A DNA stretch of 64,000 nucleotides from Desulfatiglandales bacterium (lineage in GTDB: Bacteria > Desulfobacterota > DSM-4660 > Desulfatiglandales > Desulfatiglandaceae): NCBI GenBank assembly GCA_963662465.1, contig OY759599.1:5376001-5440000 (forward strand). Reading direction: 5' to 3'. Shown piece after piece: positions 19,325-31,300 of the stretch (position 1 is its first letter; every line of letters begins with the position of its first letter). The translations under genes were made by a program, and so were the position numbers. The notes under the pieces were generated by a model, which saw nothing but the letters and a program-made list of their open reading frames with translations, did no database searches and was not told the origin of the DNA.

Positions 19325-22300
19325 ATGAAAAAACTGCTGATGACCGTGACATTGCTGTTCGGGTTCATCCTGTTTACAATGCCCGCTTATGTAGAATCGA
19401 CGGGGGCCGTGGATTCACCAGAAGCGTCAAAGATGGAGATCGAATCTGATGCAACACGGGCCTGTCCGAATTGTTCCGGGAACGCCCCTGTCATCAGGGA
19501 CGTTATATTTCAAACGGGATCCACTTGCAGCTGTTCAGGCACCATCTCCCTGACCATCGGCCCGAATGTCACCGTGGAGCCGAACGCCACTGTCTCTTTC
19601 AGATCCCCCCAAATCAACATCAAGAGTGGAACCGATTTTAAACCTGGCTCGGTTGTCACCATGTGTTGGATCAATGAGCCCATTTCCATTGATCTGACCG
19701 CGGCTCCCACTAGCATCCCCGCCGATGGTTCCAGCTATTCCATCATTACCGGCGTTTTCAGGGATGGAAATGGAAATCTCGTGCCAAAAGGCACGTCGCT
19801 TACCTTTACCACCACCCTCGGGGCTTTTACAACAAACAGCGCCCAGACCTACACCATAAAGACCTACGACGACACAGGAACCGTGGCCATATTCCTGTAT
19901 TCCGGTACAACTGCGGGAACCGCGACTGTTACTGCGACCCTGGGCGGAACAACCGAAGACGTACCGGTGACGATTTATAGCAGAGTAACCGCGGGCATTG
20001 TTTTACAGGCCGATCCGGATGTTCTGGATGCGGACGGGGTCAGTACCAGTACTGTTCGCGCTTCCGTAACCGATGCAACCGGAAGTCCGGTAACAGATGG
20101 AACTTCCATTGCCTTTAGTATGATATCCGGCAAGGGGAGTCTTTCCGCGGCCAGTGCCGTCACAGCCGGAGGTATTGCCACTGTAACCTACACCGCTTCG
20201 ACGACTGCTGGAACGGAAACCGTAAAGGCGGAGGCCTCAAACGGCGTGACGGATACGTTTGATATAACGCTTACGGGAACACCCGGGCCCGCTAATTTTG
20301 CCCTGTCCACTAATCAAACCGCCGTCAAATCCGATAACTCGGAATCAGCGATCATCACGGCAACGGTTGTCGACGGCAATAACGCCAGTTATCCCGGTGC
20401 GACAGTCTCTTTTTCTTCCGACGGCGGTCAGCTCAGTGTATCTTCGGCCGTAACGGACGATAAGGGACAGGCGAGCATCACCCTTTCTTCCGGAAGCATC
20501 AACCGAAGCAACAGGATCATTACCATTACCGCAACCATTGCGAATTTAGGTTCAAGAACCATTCCAGTACAGGTAGTCGGTTCCACCCTCAGTAAAATAA
20601 CGGACAAAACCACCATAACGGATGACAATACAACGGTTGCCGAACTGACCGTGACCGCGAAGGATGCCGGCGGAGTAGCGGTTTTCAATGCGGAAATCCA
20701 ATTTTCATTTGGCCTGGATGATACCGGAACGGCGACAATAACCCCCGTGAATCCAGTCACATACCCCTATACAGATGTTTCCGGCCAATTAAAGGTCATT
20801 GTAACGGGCGTTAGAGCCGGTTCGGTAACGGTTATCGCCGGTGCATTGGGGGCGACCGCCACCCAGGCATATACCGTCAGCGCGGTGGGCACTGAATTCG
20901 GCGTGGTGATCCCTTCTTCCGATCCTTTCAGCGCCAGCATTCGCAATCCCGCCACCCTGGCCACCACACCCAACAATATTTCCATTGCCTTCGTTGACGG
21001 CAATCCCGATACGATTACCCGTTCCGATGGAAATTCCTTCACCGTAGACGGCTACCTGGCCGGCGACACGATCATGGTTGGCGGATCCACCGATAATGAC
21101 GGCGTATATACCGTCCAAACCGTCTCTAACACCACACTAACGCTTATAAATACCGATACACTCACCGCTGAAGGGGCCGGAGAAACCGTTACCATCACCA
21201 ATGGCGTGCTGGTGCGGGTTCGTGCCTTTGATCAGACCCAGGTCTCTTTTTCCACCACAATCGGTGCATGGGACGACAGTGTTTCGGCTGTCGCCGTTAA
21301 AGCCGTTCCTGCCTCGGGTTATGTATGGAGCGTCCTCACGGCCGATACCGCCGGTTCCGCCACAATCCAGGTTTACGATACGGGCAATACGACCATTTCG
21401 GATGGCGCCACGGTCGTTTTTTCCGCACCATCCGCCGATGCCGCAAAGCTGAACCTGCAGGCTAACACCTATGTTTTGGCCCCAAGTACCGGCGATATCC
21501 AAAATATGGCGGTCTTAACGGCAACCGTCAGATCCGCCTTAGGGCAGGTGGTGGGAAAAGCGCCCGTGGTATTCTCCATTAAAAACACCACAGGCGGTGG
21601 TGAGACAGTATCTCCGGTCGTTGTCCTGACGGACAGTTCGGGCGTCGCCAAAACCACATTTACATCAGGATCCTTAAGCACTGGGGCTGAAGGCGTTGAA
21701 ATTACGGCAACCGTATTGAACGAAGGGCAGACCGTTGACAACACATCAATTGACTTTTCTGATAATTACCCGGCTCCTTGCGTCATCACGCGGAGCGATG
21801 GTGGTTCCTTTATTGCCGACGGGTTTGAAAGTGGAGAAGAGATTCGGGTATTTGGATCCGAAGTTAATGATGGCTACTATATTATTGCTTCCGTAACGGT
21901 CTCAACGCTTACACTTCACAGCGAAGAGAGGCTCAACCAGGAAAGTGCCGGCAAAAGCATCACCATTATCGCCGTCACCGGTTCAATCAACATGGTAATT
22001 GGTGGAACGGCGGGTTCCGTAGTCATCGGTCGGGGATCCACCGTCTATTCGGTGGACGATGCCACTTACAGGGTTCCCATGTCTGTTCTCGTGGCGGACT
22101 CCAACGGTAATCCAGTATCGGGGGCGCTGGTAAGTTTGAGTGCCTGGCCGGCGCAGTATTCATCCGGTGTCTGGTATGATCGCAATCCCAATGGGACAGT
22201 TCGGAATTACAACACGTATTTCACACGGACTTCCCTGAATGAGGACATCAATGAGAACACGATCCTTGATCCCGGGGAAGACCTCAACGGTGACGGCGAG

Positions 22301-25300
22301 CTGACCCCGCGCAACTCCGCGGCGGGAGATGTTCCCACAACCGTAACCACGGATGCCAACGGCGTTGCAACTTTCGATCTGGTCTATTTGAAGAACAGCG
22401 CGGCCTGGATTTACAACCGGATAAAGGCCAGCACCAAGGTCCTCGGCACGGAGATCACATCATCCGTTGAATTCAGGTTGCCGTACATCACAAAAGAAGG
22501 CGAAGCCGGCGATCTGCCTGATTCACCTTATCCCATTTCACTGGTGACGGACACCACAACACCGGTTTCGGTAACCTTCCCTCAATTTGGGGTTGATACC
22601 ATCGTCAATCCCGACGAATTTAGCCCCACTGATCCCCTGACCGCGGGCGACTCCAATATGGTTGGGCATACATACACCTTTGACCCCACGGGCGGCACGC
22701 CGGCCAAAGTGGGAGACACCATCCTGGATTGGATCACGGCAAAAGGATCTTCCTATGACTGGAGTTCCACCGTAAACGATGATATGACGGCCTATTTTCA
22801 GGTGCGTATCGCGGTCAAATACGGCAACGCAGCAGGGTCGGTTATTGTCCTCAATGTCAACCCGAGTGAAATTACAGCCGACGGTGCCGATACCAGCATT
22901 ATTACGGCATCGGTGACAAACAGTCAGGGCGGCGCTGTAGCGGATGGTACTCGGGTCGATTTTTCTACGGATCTTGGGAATTTATCAGCTGCCTTCGCAT
23001 TGACGGTCAACGGCGTTGCCACGGTAACCCTAACCAGTGGGACGGTTGCCGGCACCTCAACGGTGACCGCAAACACGATGGACGGCGCGACCGACAATAC
23101 TACGGTCGGCTTTGTGGCGGGACCGGTAAGCAATGTTTCGGTCACCGCCACGCCTGATACCATTGAGGCTGATGGGATCAGCACCAGTTCCATTAAGGCC
23201 ACGGCAAAAGATGTGAACGGAAATCCGGTCGCCGATGAAACCATCACTTTCACAGCGGTCAGCGGAACGCTGTCACCGGTAACCGCCAAGACCGACGCAA
23301 ACGGGCTGACCTCGGTCACCTATACTTCGCCCAATAGCCCGCCAGCCGGGGGGACGGATACGATTACCGCAACGTCCACCAACGGTACAGCAGGCACAAA
23401 AGATATTGAAATCATAACGGTTCCCGTGGAAACAGTCACCGTGAAAGCCGGAACCGCCGCTATTGTCGCTGATGGCATCACCGGCACCATTATTCGGGCT
23501 ACGGTAAAAGATGCTGAAGCGAATAATATTCCTGACGGCACTACCGTTTCTTTCACGACCACCGCCGGAACCCTTTCTGCGGCAACCGCAACTACCGTTA
23601 ATGGTGTGGCCTCCATCATGTTGACCAGCTCCACCATCGTTGGATCCGCAACCGTAACAGCCGCATGCGGCGGCGTTTTGGGTAATACCACGGTCACCTT
23701 CATTTCAGGGCCCGTCGGCGTAATTTCTTTGAGTGCTAATCCTGCAACCATTCCCGCCGATGCATCCAGTACCAGCAACATCCGGGCCTATGTCGCGGAT
23801 GTGAACGGAAATACGGTTGCGGACGGGGTCACTATCCGTTTCCGGGTGACCACGGGTATGGGGACCCTTTCTTCAAGCACGGCGACTACCGTCAATGGGG
23901 TGGCCACAGTGACTTTTACCGCATCTGCAATACCAGGAATCGAGGTCGTCACGGCCGATGCGGCAAACGGCGTCAACGACACCGTCAATGTGACCCTGCA
24001 AGGGGCGATCGTTGGATCAGTGAACGTAGCTGCGGGCAGCGACAGCATCACGGCGGATGGTTCTTCCAGCACCTGGATTTCCGCTACGGTCAAAGATACC
24101 AAAGACAATCCGGTGCCTGACGGCACCAATGTTTCTTTTACCACCACCTCCGGAAGCTTGTCAGCGGCTTCCGCCACCACCACGAACGGCGTAGCCACGG
24201 TAACCCTTATCAGTTCCGTCAATGCCGGTTCTGCCACGGTGACGGCCACTGTTGGCGGCGTGAATGGTAAGAAGACCGTAAATTTCGTCGCAGGTCCGGT
24301 TACCGGGGTAGCGGTTACAGCCAGTCCCGCCAATCTGACTGCTGACGGGACCAGCACCAGCACCATCCAGGCCACTGTTATTGACACAAACGGAAACACC
24401 GTGTCCGGTGAAACGATCCGATTCACCGCCGTGAGCGGTACCCTGTCGGCTTTGACCGCCATAACAAATACAAACGGCGTGGCCACGGTAACCTACACGG
24501 CTCCCAACGCGGTCCCGGTCGGCAATACCGACACGATTACCGCACGCTCCAGTAACAATACCATCGGAACGGCGGCCATTACGCTCATTTCGACGAATGT
24601 GGGGTCGGTGAGTGTGGCATCCGGTTCTTCATGGCTGTTTGCGGATGGAACATCGGGGACGTTGATCACGGCCACGGTAAAAGACATAAACGGCAACAAC
24701 GTGACCGACGGCACACTGGTCAGCTTCACGACCAGCGCCGGGACCCTCTCCCCCGCGACTGCTACCACGGTTAACGGTAAAGCACACGTGACATTGACAA
24801 GTGCCAGGCTTCTGGGCAAGGCCCGGGTGGTCGCAGTTTCAGGGGGCGTGAATGCCACGGTAGATGTGAACTTTATCGCCGGATCCATCAATACCCTAAC
24901 AGTCCTTGTCAATCCGGACAACCTGACAGCGGACGGGGTTAGCACCAGCACCATCAAGGGGATCGCCCGAGATTCAAGCAATAACCCCGTTGAAGGGGAG
25001 ACCCTCACTTTCACGGCTGTGAGAGGATATCTCTCCTCGGTTACCGCCATTACCAATGCGAATGGTGAGGCTACGGTCACCTACACGGTGCCTGATGCGG
25101 TTCCGGCCGGCGGAAATGATACGGTTACGGCAACCGCCACCAACGGTATTTCGGGCGCTGACACTATTGCTCTGATAGACGCTATTGTGGGAGATGTTCA
25201 GGTAGTTGTCGGCAGCGACACCCTTATTGCGGACGCGAGTTCAAGCACCCTGGTTCTGGCGACGGTGACCGACATTAACGGAAATCCGGTCGCTGATGGC

Positions 25301-28300
25301 ACGACGGTGAGCTTTTCCACCACTGCCGGGTCGTTGTCTGGTGCTACTGCAACCCTAAACGGGATGGCAAGAGCAACATTGACCAGTGCTGCGGCCCTTG
25401 GCACGGCAACTGTCAGTGTCACTTGCGGCGGCGTGAATGACTTCGTGACCGTTAACTTCATTGCGGGTCTGGTCAGTTCTGTAAAAGTATTGGCCAATCC
25501 GAACAACCTGACGGCGGACGGGGTCAGCACCAGTACCATTAAAGCTACGGCCACGGATGCAAACAACAACCCGGTCTTGGGTGAAACCCTGACCTTCAAC
25601 GTGGTGAGCGGGGATCTATCCGCCATCACGGCTGTTACCAATACAAACGGTGTTGCAACGGTAACGTACACGGCGCCGGGTGCGGTACCCGCGGTTGGAA
25701 CGGATACGTTAACGGCTTCGTCCACCAACGGAAAATCGGGTACGGAAACAATTACCTTGATTGATGCTGTTATCGGCAAAGTGGATGTGAGTGCCGGCAG
25801 TGCCGGCATCGTAGCAGACGGCTTATCCAAGACTCTGATTAGCGCGACGGTTACGGATATCAACGGCAACGCTGTTGCCGACGGTACAACTGTGAACTTT
25901 ACGACCACTGCCGGCGATTTGTCCTCAGGCACCGCTGCCACCATAAACGGTGTTGCAACGGTGACTTTGACCAGTGCAACCGCCCTTGGAACGGCCACGG
26001 TTACCGCGACTTCAGGTGGCGTAAACGATACGGTAAAGGTAAGTTTTATCGCCGGTCCGGTTGATGCGGTAACGGTGCTTGCCACACCGGACAACCTGAC
26101 GGCTGATGGGGTCAGTATCAGTACTATCAAAGGAACGGCAGTTGATGCAAACAACAACCCGGTTGCAGGCGAAACCCTGACCTTCAACGTGGTGAGCGGG
26201 GATCTATCCGCCATCACGGTTGTTACCAATACAAACGGTGTTGCAACTGTGACTTACACAGCGCCGGGTTCGGTACCCGCAGTTGGAACGGATACGGTGA
26301 CGGCTTCGTCCACCAACGGAAAATCGGGTACGGAAACAATTACCTTGATTGATGCTGTTGTCGGCAAAGTGGATGTGAGTGCCGGCAGTGCCGGCATCGT
26401 AGCAGACGGCTTATCCAAGACTCTGATTAGCGCGACGGTTACGGATATCAACGGCAACGCTGTTGCCGACGGTACAACTGTGAACTTTACGACCACTGCC
26501 GGCGATTTGTCCTCAGGCACCGCTGCCACCATAAACGGTGTTGCAACTGTGACTTTGACTAGTGCAACCGTCCTTGGAACGGCTACGGTTACTGCGACTT
26601 CAGGCGGCGTAAACGATACGGTAAAGGTAAGCTTTATCGCCGGTCCGGTTGATGTGGTAACGGTGCTTGCTATACCGGACAACCTGACGGCTGATGGGGT
26701 CAGCACCAGCACCATCAAGGGAACGGCAGTTGATGCAAACAACAACCCGGTTTTCGGTGAAACCCTGACCTTCAACGTGGTGAGCGGGGATCTATCCGCC
26801 ATCACGGTTGTTACCAATACAAACGGTGTTGCAACTGTGACTTACACAGCGCCGGGCTCGGTACCCGCGGTTGGAACGGATACGGTGACGGTAACGTCCA
26901 CCAACAACAAATCCGGAACGGATACGATCACGCTGATAGACGCTATTGTTGGATCCGTAGACGTAAGTTCAGCGAGCAAAAGCATCATAGCGGACGGTTC
27001 TTCAACCACCCTAATATTTGCGACGGTGAAAGACATCAATGACAACCTGGTAGCCAACGGCACGGAAGTAAATTTTTCAACGAGTGCCGGAACCCTGTTG
27101 GCAGCCAGCGCTGAAACGACCAACGGTATTGTAACCGTCAGCTTGAGAAGCCCAACAATCGTGGGAACAGCGACCGTCATCGCCACATGCGGTGGGGTTT
27201 CAGGAAATACAATTGTTACCTTCATTCACGGTCCGGTTAAAGTTATTACCCTTACTGCCAATCCCAAGATCCTGACGGGCGACGGCGCCAGCACGAGCAT
27301 CATTCGAGCGATGGTCACGGATATAAATGGAAACGCCATCGACGGCGAAACTATCAGTTTCAGCGTGAGTACGGGCGCCGGTACAGTTTCCGCCCCAACA
27401 GCGGAAACCAGCGGCGGCGTTGCCACGGTGACCTATACGGCTTCTGATACCGCCGGTGTTGACACCATCACGGCGGAATCGACAAACGGCACTTCAGAAA
27501 CCGTAAACATTACGCTAGAACCGGGAAAAAACGGTGGCGTCATAACGGTTACTGCATCGCCTGAGACGATACCTGCGGACGGCGCTTCCACTTCAGTTAT
27601 CGCCGCCACCTTGGAATATACTAATGGAACACCCATTGTGGGGGTGCCTGTTACTTTTTCAAAAACCATTACTTCCAAGCCGGATGATGACACCTATGAA
27701 GGAACGGGCAGCAAAGTGACCACGCCTTTCCATACGGATGGTGGTAATTTGACATTTACGTTGAATCATGATGGTGCATCCAATTTTATCGTATGGCTGT
27801 GGGAGCAGAATCGAGGAAGAATTTCACTCCTCGTAAACAAAATTGGCAAGGTCGAAGATTTTGAAACGGTTGAGGCGTTGGATCAGGGAGATTATTTCTT
27901 TGAAGTGTACGCAGACGGGACTTGGACCATCAAAATTGATGGCAATATCTCATCCATTGCCGAGACCGAGCTGGCTACAGTGATTACTGATGCCCTGGGT
28001 CATGCGGCATACACCTACACCAGCAGCACTATTAAAGGCCAATATACCATCTATGCCAAATCCGGGGAACTGAGCGACAATGTTTTGATTACCCAAACAG
28101 CCGGCGATCCTGCTCAAGTGGAGATCACCGTACCGGATACCACGATATACGCCAATGGCGAGGAAGGCATTGAAATATATGCTGTGGTCACGGATGTAAA
28201 CGACAATCTGGTGGAAGACGGTACGAGCGTAAGTTTTGTCGCCACTCTTGGGAGTATCGATGCGACCGCGAATACGATGAATGGAACGGCGACAGCCCGA

Positions 28301-31300
28301 TTGACGTCCAACACCAGTGCCGTAGACGTTACCTCCGATGTTACGGCGACCGTCAACAGTCACACGGATACGGCGCAAGTGAACTTCTACGGTGTTTCTT
28401 TGGATGAAATATCCGCTGATCCGCAAACCATTAATGCTAACGGCACGGATATCTCAACCATTACGGTCCAGCTGATGGATGAAGACGGCGTGGCCATTAG
28501 CGGGGAAACGATTGCTTTTTCGACCACTTCTGGAAGTTTGAGCCCGGGCACGGCCCAAACAAACCAGCAGGGAACTGCTACAACCCAACTGCTTGCACCC
28601 TTAGCAGCAGGTACTGCGATGGTAACCGCCAATTACGGGCAGATCGTCGCCACTGTGAATGTGACCGTCGTGGCACCGCAGGTGGCAACCGTTGCTGTTT
28701 CCGCTAGGAATGGAACCCTTGTTGCGGATGGTGTGTCAAGCACCAGAATTGAAGCCTTGGTAAAAGACAACCAGAACAACACCGTAGCAGATGGAACAAC
28801 TGTGAATTTCAGCACAACAGGTGGCGTAATAACGGAGGTCACTACCACAGCAAACGGGGTTGCCACGGCAAAATTGACCAGTCCTGTTACCGTGGGAACA
28901 GCGACCGTCATCGCCACATGCGGTGGGGTTTCAGGAAATACGATTGTTACCTTCATTCACGGTCCAGTGGAAGTTATTACCCTCACTGCCGATCCCGACA
29001 ACGTAACGGCGGATGGCGTGAGTACGAGTACCATCAAAGCGACTGCTAAGGATGCAAACGCTAACCCGGTATCGGGTGAAACGCTGAACTTCATTGCAAA
29101 ACTTGGCGATCTTTCCGCCATTACGGCCATCACCAATACAAACGGCATAGCAACGGTGACGTACACTGCGCCTGTGGGTTCAGCCGGCAGCCCGGATACA
29201 GTAACAGCCACCTCGACGAACAGCAAAACCGGATCAGATGAAATAACGCTTGTTGACGCCAGTGTTGGCGATATCCAGTTGAGCGCAGGAAAAACTCAGT
29301 TGATAGCGAATGGCTCGGCCAGTACAATAATCACGGCAAGGGTCTGGGATTTGAACGGGAATGCGGTTGCGGACAACACGCCTGTTACATTTGGTACGAC
29401 GGCGGGAACCCTGTCAGGAGAAACAACGACCACAAACGGTGTGGCGACGGCGATCCTGACGAGCAGCACGACAGCCGGAACTGTGACGGTAACAGGCACT
29501 TGTGGAAACTTGAACGATACTGTGAATGTGGAATTCATAGCAGGACCGGTAGCGACAGTGACAGTGGTTGCCGATCCCGACAACGTGACGGCGGACGGCG
29601 TCAGTACGAGTGGCATTAAAGCGACTGCGACGGATGCAAACGCTAACCCGGTATCGGGTGAAACCCTGACTTTCAGCGTATCTCTTGGTGATCTTTCCTG
29701 GATTACAGCTGTAACGGATGCGAACGGCGTAGCAACAGTGATGTACACGGCGCCTGTAGGCTCAGCCGGCAGCCCGGATACAGTAACGGCAACGTCGACG
29801 AACAGCAAAACCGGATCAGATGAAATAACGCTTGTTGACGCCAGTGTTGGCGATATCCAGTTGAGCGCAGGAAAAACTCAGTTGATAGCGAATGGCTCGG
29901 CCAGTACAATAATCACGGCAAGGGTCTGGGATTTGAACGGGAATGCGGTTGCGGACAACACGCCTGTTACATTTGGTACGACGGCGGGAACCCTGTCAGG
30001 AGAAACAACGACCACAAACGGTGTGGCGACGGCGATCCTGACGAGCAGCACGACAGCCGGAACGGTTACGGTGACAGGCACTTGTGGAAACTTGAACGAT
30101 ACTGTGAATGTGGAATTCATAGCAGGACCGGTAGCGACAGTGACAGTGGTTGCCGATCCCGACAACGTGACGGCGGACGGCGTCAGTACGAGTGGCATTA
30201 AAGCGACTGCGACGGATGCAAACGCTAACCCGGTATCGGGTGAAACCCTGACTTTCAGCGTATCTCTTGGTGATCTTTCCTGGATTACAGCTGTAACGGA
30301 TGCGAACGGCGTAGCAACAGTGATGTACACGGCGCCTGTAGGCTCAGCCGGCAGCCCGGATACAGTAACGGCAACGTCGACGAACAGCAAAACCGGATCA
30401 GATGAAATAACGCTTGTTGACGCCAGTGTTGGCGATATCCAGTTGAGCGCAGGAAAAACTCAGTTGATAGCGAATGGCTCGGCCAGTACAATAATCACGG
30501 CAAGGGTCTGGGATTTGAACGGGAATGCGGTTGCGGACAACACGCCTGTTACATTTGGTACGACGGCGGGAACCCTGTCAGGAGAAACAACGACCACAAA
30601 CGGTGTGGCGACGGCGATCCTGACGAGCAGCACGACAGCCGGAACGGTTACGGTGACAGGCACTTGTGGAAACTTGAACGATACTGTGAATGTGGAATTC
30701 ATAGCAGGACCGGTAGCGACAGTGACAGTGGTTGCCGATCCCGACAACGTGACGGCGGACGGCGTGAGTACGAGTGCCATCAAAGCGACTGCGACGGATG
30801 CAAACGCTAACCCGGTATCGGGTGAAACCCTGACTTTCAGCGTATCTCTTGGTGATCTTTCCTGGATTACAGCTGTAACGGATGCGAACGGCGTAGCAAC
30901 AGTGATGTACACGGCGCCTGTAGGCTCAGCCGGCAGCCCGGATACAGTAACGGCAACGTCGACGAACAGCAAAACCGGATCGGATGAAATAACGCTTGTT
31001 GACGCCAGTGTTGGCGATATCCAGTTGAGCGCAGGAAAAACTCAGTTGATAGCGAATGGCTCGGCCAGTACAATAATCACGGCAAGGGTCTGGGATTTGA
31101 ACGGGAATGCGGTTGCGGACAACACGCCTGTTACATTTGGTACGACGGCGGGAACCCTGTCAGGAGAAACAACGACCACAAACGGTGTGGCGACGGCGAT
31201 CCTGACGAGCAGCACGACAGCCGGAACTGTGACGGTAACAGGCACTTGTGGAAACTTGAACGATACTGTGAATGTGGAATTCATAGCAGGACCGGTAGCG

